Origin: Selaginella moellendorffii
Lineage: Eukaryota > Plantae > Lycopodiophyta
Assembly: GCF_000143415.4 (NCBI RefSeq)
Contig: NW_003314450.1
Coordinates: 32,436 to 96,435, forward strand
Length of the DNA stretch: 64,000 nt
Direction: 5' to 3'
Shown: positions 1 to 11,019 of the stretch, piece by piece
Numbering within the stretch: position 1 is the first letter of the stretch
How the letters are laid out: each line of letters opens with the position of its first letter
Notes under the pieces: model-generated
The model's database searches: none
What the model was told of the DNA's origin: nothing
What the model saw: the letters and a program-made list of their open reading frames with translations, nothing else
Translations under genes and position numbers: made by a program

Positions 1-31
1 TTTGATGATCCAATCCGTGTGTTCTGTGTAG

Positions 32-700
32 GCCGAGCATGATACTGTGGTTGAAGTAGATGACGAATCGAAGCAGGCGATTGAGGAGGAAGAAGCGAAA
101 GAAGCGAGGAGGACGATAACGGTAGGGTGTGGCTTTTTCTCTTTTTCTCTTTGCTTTGATGTGGTAGTAACGTTCTATCACAGGTCGCGGACATAAAAAC
201 CGCTCCATTCGATATTCGCTTCCCTTCGACCAACCAGACCAAGCACTGCTACACTCGCTACATCGAGTTCCACAAGTAAGTCGTCTCCAAAGTTCGACAA
301 AGTTCTTGGCTTTTTTTCTTACAAAGTTCTCAACTCTGGCTTGATTCTTCCTTTTTTTTTCTTGCGATCTCTTTCTCCAAAATTCTCAAAGTTCTTGCTT
401 GATTTCTCCAAAGTTCTCAAAGTTTTTTTTCAACTTGGGCTTGATTCTTCCTTGCGATCTTTCTCTCAGGTGCCAGAAGGAAAGGGGCGAGGGTGCTCCG
501 GAATGCCAGAAGTACGCGCGATACTATCGATCGCTGTGTCCCTCGGAATGGGTAAGCAAGAAAAATAGAAAATCTATAGATCTTTCTTGTTCTTGGCTAA
601 ATTTTCCATCCAAGATCTATACTCATTTCTTCCCACCAATTGCCAGATCGAGAGATGGAACGAGCAGCGAGCGGATGGTGTGTTTTGTGGGCCTTACTGA
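32..700 (+). CDS. COX6B: Cytochrome c oxidase subunit 6b, 5'-truncated (exons ~32-121, 184-275, 470-551, 647-700)
   Basis: Spliced translation KTAPFDIRFPSTNQTKHCYTRYIEFHKCQKERGEGAPECQKYARYYRSLCPSEWIERWNEQRADGVFCGPY* has the COX6B Cx9C...Cx10C pattern; GT-AG introns. Confidence 0.93.
285..466 (+). repeat. Degenerate short tandem repeats inside a COX6B intron
   Basis: Recurrent tctccaaagttctcaaagtt and ggcttgattcttcctt..gcgatct units. Confidence 0.55.
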
Positions 701-1269
701 AAGAAAAACAATGGCTCTCAATAAACCCTAATGGCCACCTTTTTCAGTAAAGAATCATAATAACCCTAAGGGCCTTTTCCATTAAAAAAAGGATTCTTTT
801 GTAATTCTTTTTTCTTGGTACTGCCCTAATTACCACCTTTTGTCTTTGACCCCATATTTTATAAAGTCACAAGTGGGACATTTAGGTCCACCCCACCAAT
901 TGCGGACCGCGCACGTAACCGCGCGTGGGTCGTGGGTCAAGGCCCCAATCGCGCGGTTTCGCGCGCTGTTCTTGCGGTATAAGCGAGTGAACTTGTCGGG
1001 GGCTCCTCGGTCTATCGAGATGGGTGTTGTTGGTCGGAGTAAAAATCAAAATCTCCACCACGGGATTACCACCACTAATACCGATGGATCCAAAATCCCC
1101 ACCTCCCCACTGCCAGAGTCTCTATCTCTTGTTACTCTTGGTTGATTCGGTCGTTCGTGGGTCATCGTCTTCCTCCATGGTTGTCCATTGGAACCCATCG
1201 CTCTAGCGTAAGTGGCCAATCCTTCCATCGCCAGTGATCACTCCACCATCGCCCAAGAACGAGGAGAGA

Positions 1270-4200
1270 ATGCTCCACCATGTCTTCTTGGTGGCCATCT
1301 CCGTGCTTGCTCTGGATTCCACTGCTGCCACTGATCTCTCCTGTGCGTCCGAGCGATCGGCATTGCTGGAGTTTCGAGCCAGGCTAGGCGGCGGCGGCGG
1401 CGGCGGTGGAGTGCTCGAGAGCTGGAGCAGCGGTGCCACCGTAAGTTCGTCCTGGCGAGGAGTGACGCTGGGAAGCCGGGGCCAGGTAGTCAAGCTCGAG
1501 CTCTCGTCGCTGGAGCTCACGGGAGAGCTCTATCCGGTCTGGGACTTCTTGCCGGCGCTCCAGGTGATGAATCTCTCGCACAACTCGCTAGGTGGTCGCT
1601 TGGATTTCTCGAGCTCCTGTGGCGGCGCTGCGCTCGTGTCCCTGGATCTCAGCTTCAACCGGCTTGCGGGGCCTGTGCGCGAGGGAGTCCGTCACTTCCA
1701 GGCGCTCCAGCTCCTCCGCCTCGACCACAATGGCTTGTCCGGCGAGCTCCCGCGGGGTCTCTTCGAGCTGCGGTCCCTGGTAGCTCTCGATCTCTCCTGG
1801 AACAACTTCTCGGGGCCCGTGAGCTCCGACTTTGAGCTCCTCCGCCGGATGGAGCTCCTCGATCTCTCGCACGACAACTTCTCGGGTGCGTTGCCGGCTT
1901 CCAACTTGTCCAGGATGGCCGCATTGGCGAAGCTCGATGTTTCTTCCAATGCCTTGGACTCGATCAAGGTGGTGGAAATGGGCTTGTTCCAGCAGCTACG
2001 AACTCTCGATCTCAGCAGTAACAGCTTCTCTGGAAACCTCCCGGAGTTTGTGTTCGCCACCACCTCGCTCGAGGTACTTAATCTCTCCTCGAACCAGTTC
2101 ACCGGGCCTGTCCGAGAGAAAGCTTCTGGCCAGAGGAAGATCCGAGTGCTCGATATGGCATCCAATGCCTTGACGGGTGACCTGAGTGGCCTCGTCGGCC
2201 TCACGTCGCTGGAGCATCTCAACCTGGCCGGAAACAACCTCTCTGGAACGATACCGTCGGAGCTTGGACACTTCGCCAACTTAACCATGCTCGATCTCTG
2301 TGCCAACGAGTTCCAAGGTGGAATCCCGGACAGCTTCTCCAACTTGGCCAAGCTAGAGCACCTGAAAGTGTCGAACAACCTGCTCTCGTACATGCTCGAC
2401 GTTGGCGTCTCTCTTCCGAAGAGCCTCAGAGTTCTCAGTGCCGGCAGCAATCTCTTCTCGGGGCCACTTCGCGTGTCGTATAACTCCGCTCCGTCCACCT
2501 TGGAGGTCTTGTATCTTCCAGAGAACCGCTTCACCGGGCCGCTTCCACCAGAGCTTGGCCAGCTGAAGAACCTCAAGAAGATCATCCTCAACCAGAACAG
2601 CTTCGTAGGGAGCATTCCACCGTCGATAGCGCACTGCCAGCTCCTGGAAGAGATATGGATCAACAACAATCTTCTCACAGGTCACATACCCCCGGAGCTC
2701 TTCACGCTCAAGCATCTCCGAGCGCTTGTTCTGGCCAACAACAGCTTGTCCGGCTCTCCAGTCCCCCTGGGTATTTCGCAGTCCAAGACACTCGAGGTGC
2801 TGTGGCTGGAGCAGAACAACTTCTCGGGCCCGATATCTTCCGAGGTTGGCCAACTTTCCAATCTTCTCATGCTGTCGCTCGCCTCCAACAAGTTGACGGG
2901 ACACATACCTGCGTCTCTCGGCAAGCTGACTAATCTCGTCGGCCTGGACCTCGGCTTAAACGCTCTCTCGGGGCGTATACCGGACGAGCTAGCAGGCCTC
3001 TCTTCCATCCAGTTTCTTTTCTTGAGTGGCAACCGGATGGAGCAGCGGATACCGGGATGGATCGGCAACTTGTCCAAGCTCCGAGCCGTGGATCTGTCCT
3101 TCAATAGATTCAGCGGGAGCATTCCGACGGCCTGGAGTAACTCCACGCTAACGAGCCTGTCTCCCAGGTACTCGGACAAACCTCCATCGGCACTCGTCTA
3201 CAACAACGAGGGACAGAGATTTATCGGCTATGCTTTGCCGACCACCCTTGACTTCTCGCATAACGAGCTCGTTGGAGGCATTCCCGCTGAGCTGGGAGCG
3301 TTGAGGAACTTGCAAATACTGAACTTGAGCCACAACAGGCTCCAGGGAAGTATTCCTCCGTCGCTGGGAAACGTGCCTGCGCTGCTGAAGCTCGACTTGT
3401 CCAGGAACAATCTCACCGGCACCATTCCACAAGCGTTGTGCAAGCTGACGTTCCTGTCCGACTTGGATCTCTCGGACAACCATCTGAAAGGTGCCATCCC
3501 GAGCTCCACCCAGTTTCAGACGTTTGGCAACTCTTCGTTCGCTGGCAATCCAGACCTTTGCGGAGCTCCACTCCCAGAATGCCGTCTGGAGCAGGACGAA
3601 GCTCGCTCGGACATTGGAACAATCTCTGCTGTCCAGAAACTGATTCCTCTGTACGTCGTAATTGCTGGAAGCCTCGGATTCTGCGGCTTCTGGGCGCTCT
3701 TCATCATCCTGATACGGAAACGTCAAAAGCTACTCTCGCAGGAGGAAGACGAGGATGAATACAGCAAGAAAAAGCGTTACCTCAACTCCTCGGAAGTGTC
3801 CAACATGAGCGAAGGCGTAGCTTGGATCCATCCGAACGAGCTGATGTCCGCAACGAGCAACTACAGCCATGCAAACATCATAGGTGACGGGGGCTTCGGA
3901 ATAGTGTACAAGGCGATTCTAGCGGATGGATCGGCCGTAGCGGTGAAGAAGTTGATAACAGACGGAGGATTTGGAATGCAGGGGGAGCGAGAGTTCCTTG
4001 CCGAGATGCAGACGCTGGGAAAAATAAAGCATAAGAACCTGGTGTGCCTCAAAGGATACTCTTGCGACGGAAAGGACAGGATACTGGTGTATAAGTACCT
4101 CAAGAACGGGAACCTCGACACCTGGTTGCACTGTCGGGATGCCGGAGTGAAGCCTCTGGACTGGAAGACGCGCTTCCACATAATCCTCGGAGCAGCCCGA

Positions 4201-4818
4201 GGCATTACTTTCCTCCACCACGAGTGCTTCCCTCCCATCGTCCACAGAGACATCAAGGCCAGCAACATCCTTCTCGACGAAGACTTCCAGGCTCATGTTG
4301 CGGACTTTGGCCTCGCGAGGTTGATGAGAGACGCTGGCGATACTCATGTCTCCACCGACGTTGCCGGGACCGTTGGCTACATTCCACCGGAGTATAACAG
4401 CTCGTGCATGGCCACCATGCGCGGAGACGTCTACAGCTTCGGCGTTGTCGTTCTCGAGACCATCATGGGGAAGCGTCCCACGGACAAAGGTTTCCGGAGA
4501 GCTGGAGGCATCGGTCATTTGGCTGGAGAGCGCGTCACAGTCCAGGAGCTCCAGTCGGCCATCGATGCGGCCATGCTAGCCGAAAACACCACCGCCAGCC
4601 CCACGAACGCTGGAGAAGTTTCGGCAGAGATTCTCGAGGTGATGAAGATAGCCTGTTTGTGCTGCGTCGATAAACCAGGCAAGCGACCCGAGATGACGCA
4701 CGTCGTGAGGATGCTGGAAGGCGTGGAAAGGCGACACTCGAACGGTGCGTCCAATCTTGTAAGTCCACCGTCTGTAGACGGAGGGTCTAAGCACTTCCTG
4801 AATAATGTAGAGATTTGA
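1270..4818 (+). CDS. Intronless LRR receptor-like kinase, LRR-X type (PSKR/PSY1R/EMS1-like)
   Basis: Signal peptide from ATG 1270, >20 plant LRRs, short island (..LVYNNEGQRFIGYALPTTLDFS), GNPDLCG cap, TM helix, kinase with IIGDGGFG, HRDIKASN, DFG, GTVGYIPPEY. Confidence 0.92.
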   Translation: MLHHVFLVAISVLALDSTAATDLSCASERSALLEFRARLGGGGGGGGVLESWSSGATVSSSWRGVTLGSRGQVVKLELSSLELTGELYPVWDFLPALQVMNLSHNSLGGRLDFSSSCGGAALVSLDLSFNRLAGPVREGVRHFQALQLLRLDHNGLSGELPRGLFELRSLVALDLSWNNFSGPVSSDFELLRRMELLDLSHDNFSGALPASNLSRMAALAKLDVSSNALDSIKVVEMGLFQQLRTLDLSSNSFSGNLPEFVFATTSLEVLNLSSNQFTGPVREKASGQRKIRVLDMASNALTGDLSGLVGLTSLEHLNLAGNNLSGTIPSELGHFANLTMLDLCANEFQGGIPDSFSNLAKLEHLKVSNNLLSYMLDVGVSLPKSLRVLSAGSNLFSGPLRVSYNSAPSTLEVLYLPENRFTGPLPPELGQLKNLKKIILNQNSFVGSIPPSIAHCQLLEEIWINNNLLTGHIPPELFTLKHLRALVLANNSLSGSPVPLGISQSKTLEVLWLEQNNFSGPISSEVGQLSNLLMLSLASNKLTGHIPASLGKLTNLVGLDLGLNALSGRIPDELAGLSSIQFLFLSGNRMEQRIPGWIGNLSKLRAVDLSFNRFSGSIPTAWSNSTLTSLSPRYSDKPPSALVYNNEGQRFIGYALPTTLDFSHNELVGGIPAELGALRNLQILNLSHNRLQGSIPPSLGNVPALLKLDLSRNNLTGTIPQALCKLTFLSDLDLSDNHLKGAIPSSTQFQTFGNSSFAGNPDLCGAPLPECRLEQDEARSDIGTISAVQKLIPLYVVIAGSLGFCGFWALFIILIRKRQKLLSQEEDEDEYSKKKRYLNSSEVSNMSEGVAWIHPNELMSATSNYSHANIIGDGGFGIVYKAILADGSAVAVKKLITDGGFGMQGEREFLAEMQTLGKIKHKNLVCLKGYSCDGKDRILVYKYLKNGNLDTWLHCRDAGVKPLDWKTRFHIILGAARGITFLHHECFPPIVHRDIKASNILLDEDFQAHVADFGLARLMRDAGDTHVSTDVAGTVGYIPPEYNSSCMATMRGDVYSFGVVVLETIMGKRPTDKGFRRAGGIGHLAGERVTVQELQSAIDAAMLAENTTASPTNAGEVSAEILEVMKIACLCCVDKPGKRPEMTHVVRMLEGVERRHSNGASNLVSPPSVDGGSKHFLNNVEI

Positions 4819-5050
4819 GAATGAAAAGGATGTGTGAAATTGAGTGCGAGCTTACCATGACATTCCCCATGCCCTTGAGGGACGAGCAGACAGACATCCA
4901 ACCAACGCATGGCCTAGATTGTCTTTGAATAAGTAAACAAGACACAGCTTTAGAGAAAAACAAAAGAGAAGTTTTAGTTTGACAATGTCACCTGTGCACT
5001 CGAGTGTATACATGTACAAACCGCCTCTGAGTGGGATTAGATGCTGTTCA

Positions 5051-6607
5051 TTACTTTCTCCTCAGTGTTCTCCCACTTCTGCTTGTCCTGGTTAGTACAG
5101 GCATGCTGGTACGCTGGTTCTGCAAAGCTGCTAACTCACGTACACGAGCAAGAATTGGCTGAGGTATAGAAACTGCAAAATGTTTCTTTTTGTTGTGCTC
5201 CGCCTTTTATCACAACCAAAAACTGGATCAGACCAAAAGTGCACGAAGAGAAAAAATACATTGAAGGTACCTGCTGCTGCTTTGAAGTAAAGTGGACACG
5301 ACTTGCTCTGAGTAGGTTCCTCCATTTATCCTGAGAACTTTGCCATGAGCAAGAGTCAAGGAAAAGAAAAACTTTACCTTCAAGTCAACAGCCGTGCGGT
5401 ATGATACAGATGAAAACTCGAGCTTCTTGATGTCCGCCCACTTCCCTCCACCACAGCGAGCGACCCCTTCGACGAGTATCATAACTTCCCGTAGCGTCCA
5501 GGGACGATGATGTTTTCTCCTAGTACCTCCATTCGGTGTTGGAACAGTCTCCACATGCTCCCCAGAAAAATCCAACTCACAATCTTCTCCACCCATGCTT
5601 TGCACATCTTCGTAGTCTTCAAGCATTTGATCCATACCACCTTCCAGATCGGAGTAACTTTCCTGAACGGAAACACAATATTCTTCAAAAGGCAAAATCT
5701 CAAAGGCTGAAAGAACCTTGTCTGAAGAAGACATTGTCTTCTCTTTGCTGGACCCGATGCTGGGACCGCGCTTGCGGGACGACCAGGCGAGTCGCGCAAT
5801 TTTAGAGGCCTTGCGCTCAGCCTTTAGTTTCTGTGCGATCAGAGAGTTTTAATCTACAAAACTTAGAGAATCAACAAAAACTCGCAAGAAAGCTAAAGCA
5901 TACCATCATGCTGCTGCGGCGACCGCCGTAAGACACTGCCGCTTGAGTTGGAGACTCAAACTCCGGGTACTCGATATCGCTGCCACTGTCAAGCTTCTCA
6001 GTTATATCCCGGTGAGACTTTGCTCCATCACACGAATCAGTTCCATCGGACACCAGCCTGTGAAGCTCTGACGTGAAGTAGAGGTTGTCCGTCTCATCTT
6101 CGATGTATCGCCGGTTTGGTTTCCTCTTTCTCTTCCCTTCGACGTTCCTCGTGGCAACAGAAAAGTAAACTTCGCCGGACACGGTAGAGGGATGAACCGT
6201 TTCATCGTTGCTAAGAACTTCTTGGCCCCGTGTGGAGTGAACGCCAGCCTTTTCTTTCACATTCCTGGAACTAACGTCGTCACCGTGTTTCACCACGGCA
6301 GGAGTAGCAATCTCGTGAAGATTTTCCCTCTCGGCGAAACACTCCAGTTGCAAGTCATCGTCCTCGGCCGAAGGAAGCACCGATCCATCATCTCCAACCT
6401 GAGATTAAATTCTCTTTAAGGACAAAAAGAAAATTTAAAATGCTCAACGGGAAGAAGAGGAGAGAAAGAACTTGCCCTCACTAGCTTGTAGACGAGGCGA
6501 TCGAGCGAAATTTCACCGGCATTCTCAATCCTCTCCATCGGCGCCAGGGCGTGACCTTGAATCTCAAGTTTCGGGCATCGCGCAGCTTCATCCCTGCGCT
6601 GATCCAT
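5051..6607 (-). CDS. TRF-like (telobox Myb) protein, TRFL6/TRFL8-type, multi-exon
   Basis: N-terminal VYKLVRVGDDG motif, KRKRKPNRRYIE, Myb RKHHRPWTLREVMILVEGVARCGGGKWADIKKL..RTAVDLKDKWRNLLRAS, C-terminal IPQPILARVRELA. Confidence 0.85.
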
Positions 6608-7976
6608 ACCTGGCGTGCGGCGCTCCCCAAAATCACCTCGAGATCGCGGAAAGAATGCGCAGTTCCAGCCAGCGCCTTCGGATCCTGGGCCAAGAACAAC
6701 CGTAAAATGGACAACCACGTGGACAAAAGAATGGATGAACCCTAAAAACCGTGATAAGAAATATCGTTTAGAGATTAGGGCTAGCATAACCTTTGACGAA
6801 ACTTGACCTTTTTTACCACTATTGACTTGTCCTTTTTTCCGCTTTTTTTCTCTCTGCCTCCGATCAGATCATCCTAGAGGCATTTAAACCGTATAGCCAG
6901 ACAAGGGTTTCACGGCCTCTGCCATTCTTTTGGCGATTAGCACGTAATGTTCTTCGATCGTACGAGCCAGCATTGAAAATTTGGCGAGCACAAACTCAAC
7001 GAAAGCGCTACGCACACCCTTTAATCTTTTCTACCCTTCGTTTCTTATTCGATCCTGGCGTCCAGCTCGCTCGCCAGGAGATAAAACTGGGCCAAGCCTC
7101 TGGATCCAGCACGATGGCAAAGACGTAGAGGGTTCCATATCTCCTTTTCTACCACTTCTTTTTACAGCTCCTTTTGTCTGGGTGGCGGTAAATTTCTTGG
7201 AGCATCTCGATGCATCGCAGGGTGGCAGCAGCAGGTAGGGGGTCATTATATTGCTGATCTTGCCAATCTCTCATACCATATGATCGTACCATCACCTTCA
7301 TTCAATTGGACATTGACCGCTTCTATTCTATCAAAAAGTCCAAAGAGATCAAACTTGGCAAGAACTCATACGAATTTATCCATGATATTCGAAAACATCC
7401 ATCCAAAACGGCATTTCTAAATCTTTTGGTCTCGGACTTTCATGTGTGAGCGCCCCGAGACTATATGAATGAATATTCTATTCATTGACAATATATCTTC
7501 TATTTTTATTTTGTGCCCTTGCCCGGGAGGGGCATTTATTCGCCATAACCACAAGCCACATGCAAATGCAGTACCTTGAAGGCAGCGTCCGGATCGCGCC
7601 ACGTCGGACGCGGCGGCGACGTGGCAGCCCAGCTGACGTCGATGGCGGGAATATTCGGCCCATTTGAAAAAAGGGGGCAGGGATCTGATCTGGATCGTTT
7701 CCTGGCGATTGTGTTTTGGAGAATTTAAGATGGGAGGGCCACACACACTGGCTCGCCATTGATCGCGACGACTGCTGCTTTGTACGCTTGCTTCCAGCGA
7801 ATTCAATCGCGCAGATTCGTGAAAGCAAATCCAAAAGCCCACAAACAGTAAAGAATTGGGGGGAAATTGGCCATGTCGTGAATCGCGATCAGGAGGAATG
7901 AAGAGAAAATAAAGAAGTAAAAAAAACTGGATCCAACCGTAACTTAAATGTGCGCGCTCTCGCCACGAAGAGTGGT

Positions 7977-7987
7977 GTATTTATACA
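7977..7987 (+). promoter_or_regulatory. TATA-like box of the putative pri-MIR171 transcript
   Basis: gtatttataca about 350 bp upstream of the hairpin. Confidence 0.4.
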
Positions 7988-8319
7988 GGGGAATGTGAGT
8001 GTGTCGATTGCTTGCTTGCGTATGGCACTGTTCTTCGTGGCGTAGAAAGGAAGAACAGTCTTTGCTTGCTTGGTTTGCTTGAGCCTTGAATTGCTGGAAG
8101 GAATGAGGAGGAACACACCGTTTTGGAGTTCTATACTGTATAGAGTGTCTGTATGTCCTTGAGATTCTCTATTGGTGCCATTCTCTATTCTATTCTACTG
8201 GATTCGCTTGCAGGAAACGTATGTAGCAAGCACGAACAGTAAGTATCGCAACTGGGCATCGTAAAAATTCCCGTTTTCTCGTTCCAATTCTCCCCGTATC
8301 TAGAGGACGGATCATCGAA

Positions 8320-8522
8320 ATCGATGTGTGCTTTGATATTGGCATGATTCAATCCCATGACACCATCTACAAACACCGAAAAGAGAAGCTTTACGATGGT
8401 CTAGCAAAGTTCTTCTCGCGAAAGAGAAGCCTTACGAAGATCTAGCCAAAATTTCGTGGCATGGACGAGCAAAGGGTGCTGGCATTGGATTGAGTCGCGC
8501 CAATATCATGTGATTGCGTTGT
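8320..8522 (+). ncRNA. MIR171: MIR171 precursor hairpin (star 8334-8354; mature UUGAGUCGCGCCAAUAUCAUG 8490-8510)
   Basis: Mature arm matches the miR171 family core (UUGAGCCGCGCCAAUAUC) with one change; star TGATATTGGCATGATTCAATC pairs over 19 nt (1 mismatch, 2 G:U) with 2-nt 3' overhangs. Confidence 0.9.
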
Positions 8523-8700
8523 GATCATAGAAGTGGAAGAAAGGAATAATTTTTTTTTCTAGTCATTTTATTCGTGTGGGGTGGTTTCGTTAAAAATGGC
8601 GAACGAAGAACAAACGAGAGGGGTCGTCACTGTCAATGACTTCTCTCTATGTTCTCCTCGGTTAGGTCACCAAGAGCCCTAATTTCCCTGGGCAGGATCC

Positions 8701-10853
8701 ATGGCGCCCTGGCAGCTGCCGCTGCTACCGATCCTCTCGATGCTGCTGCTCCTGGCAGCGCGATCTGCGAGCTCACGGCCTCTGGAGGAGCAGGAGGAGG
8801 CGGATGCCGCGGTGGAGCTCACCAAGAACAGCTTCAATCAAACGCTCTGGGCGGCTCCGGCCACTTTCGCGCTCGTGGAGTTCTACGCTCACTGGTAAGC
8901 TTAGAGCTCGCGCAATCACGAGTTTCTCACGAGGATTTTGCTCCAGGTGCCCGGTGTGTAGGATTTATAAGGTGGAGTTTTGAAATTTTTTCTTTGTCTT
9001 TGTGGTTTGACACGAGCTTGCAATCGCAGCCTCAATACAGCAAAGTCGCGAAGCTCTTCAATGGAAGAACTGCTGTTCATCCCGGAGAGGTTTTCATGGG
9101 CAAGGTCGACTGCGCAGAGGATGTAAGCTTCACTGTCCTGTAGAGGAAGAGAAACTCATCGACTTGTTTGTTCACTTGCAGGCCAACACTCCCATTTGCA
9201 GGAGATTTCAAGTGGATCACTATCCTTCTCTGTACTGGGGTCATCCCGGAAAGCTTGCCTGGGAGAGCTTCGACCCAAAGGATTCGAAGGCTAGCAGTGG
9301 AATAGAGCTGATACCAAAAACTCCAAGAACAGCCGAGGCGTTACTAGCTTGGATCAACGAGCGCATAGGAAAGTATGTCAAAGTTTTGTGTTTCTAAAGT
9401 TTTGTGTTTGTATTCGAAGTTATCGTTTTGCTAACTCTGCCTTTTTCTTCCAGATCTTATACGCTGAATGACGAAGCTCGGGAGACTACACGTGCGAGTA
9501 TAGTCGAGCAGATCCAGGTAGCTCTTGGTTTTCTCGGTGTTTGCTATGCTAAGGTTCCTTTTCCTTTGGTGATATCTGGTAGCAAAGCCGATGATGTCCC
9601 TCTACGATATTGAGGAGTCGACAGCGCTTTCATACAAGTTTATCTTACAAAGCGAAGTAGGAAAGGCTTTCAATTGAAAAAATGATCTTCTAACTGCGTT
9701 TCATTTAGATGCTGAATGCAAAAACTCGTGCATCTTTTTTACATTTTTTGCAGCTTCTTGCCGTCCACCATCCGTCAAAAAGGTGTTTTTCTTGTCTTTC
9801 AGATGGAAATGAGAATATTTACATTTTCTTTCAGGTGTCGTGAGGGGAGTGCAAACATTCTAGTCCATTTTGAAGACATTTGGCTTGCTGGCGAAAATGC
9901 AAAGCCAAATGGCGACTTGCTAATGCGTTTACAGATTTGTGGCGAAAGAACAAGCACCGATGAGTGGATAACATGCCGTGGGAGCAAAAACTATACTCGC
10001 GGCTACAGGTCTGATCCCCGGTGGCTTTCATATGTACTGACGTCAATTTACATACAGCTGTGGACTCTGGCTTTTGTTTCATGCATTGTCTGTCCGTGTA
10101 GAAGATTCGGAGAGCAAAACAGCCATACAAACTATTCGTGATTTTATAGCAAGTTTTTTCAACTGTGAAGATTGTCGCGACCATTTCTTGACGATGAGCA
10201 CGAGGTAGACTTTTTCTAATAGTCATTCTAGAATCATCCCTTCTGACATGCAATGGTTGGTTCTGATGCGCAAGTGCTGCCGATTCTATCAACTCGCGGC
10301 GCGATCTGGTACTTTGGTTCTGGCGCGCACACAACCAGGTTGGCTCTCTTTGTATGCAAGAGTAGAAATGGAACTCAACTTTTTCCTCCGTACAGGTTAA
10401 CAAAAGAGTTGGAGACGCAGAAGCAGAGTCCAAGACTGGCGATCCCAAGTTCCCAAAGCAGCAGTGGCCTCCGAAAGAACTCTGTACAGCATGCAAGAAA
10501 GACGGGGATCAATGGGACGAATCTGCCGTGTATACATTCCTGACGGAGCTCTACGGACGAGCTCTCGTATCAATACCGGAGGAAAAGCTCGACGCAGCGT
10601 TGCGAAAGTCATCCAAAGCCGAAGTGGCGGTACCGGACGAGAGCTCCAGCACCAGCCGTGTAGCAGTACCAATCGGAGCAGCTTTCGGGATCGGGATGGC
10701 GAGCTGCGGCTTTGGAATTGTGGCTTGCTTTTGGAGAATGCAGCAAAAGAGAAAAAAGTAAACACGCACCTTTCTCTTTGTTCTTCCCTCTTCACTCGAA
10801 TTGAACGGGTTGCCGGTTTTATATCTCGCAGGCTTTTGCGGAGGCGAGTGTGA
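8701..10853 (+). CDS. QSOX: Quiescin-sulfhydryl oxidase (thioredoxin + ERV/ALR), multi-exon
   Basis: Signal peptide, FYAHWCPVC, CRGSKNYTRGYSCGLW, FFNCEDCRDHF, WPPKELCTAC, C-terminal TM helix and basic tail. Confidence 0.9.
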
Positions 10854-11019
10854 AGTTGTGGATCTCGAATTTAGAGGTATATATTACCCATTCTTTCTTT
10901 TTTGAGGCAAGGGAAAGCAGTGGTGACTAATTCTTATCATGTATTCTACTTATATACTTGAATGGAAATTTTACCGAGCTCGGACGACAAGGTTGGCAAG
11001 CTTTCATGTTTTGTTTTTT

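Noticed and set aside
1692-3726. Long antisense ORFs within the LRR-RLK
   Set aside because: Shadow ORFs from codon bias and LRR periodicity.
7054-7078. Small inverted repeat tcctggcg..cgccagga
   Set aside because: Too short for a miRNA or MITE; no supporting context.
8185-8376. 63-aa minus-strand ORF
   Set aside because: Overlaps the MIR171 hairpin arm, has a non-ATG start and no recognisable motif.
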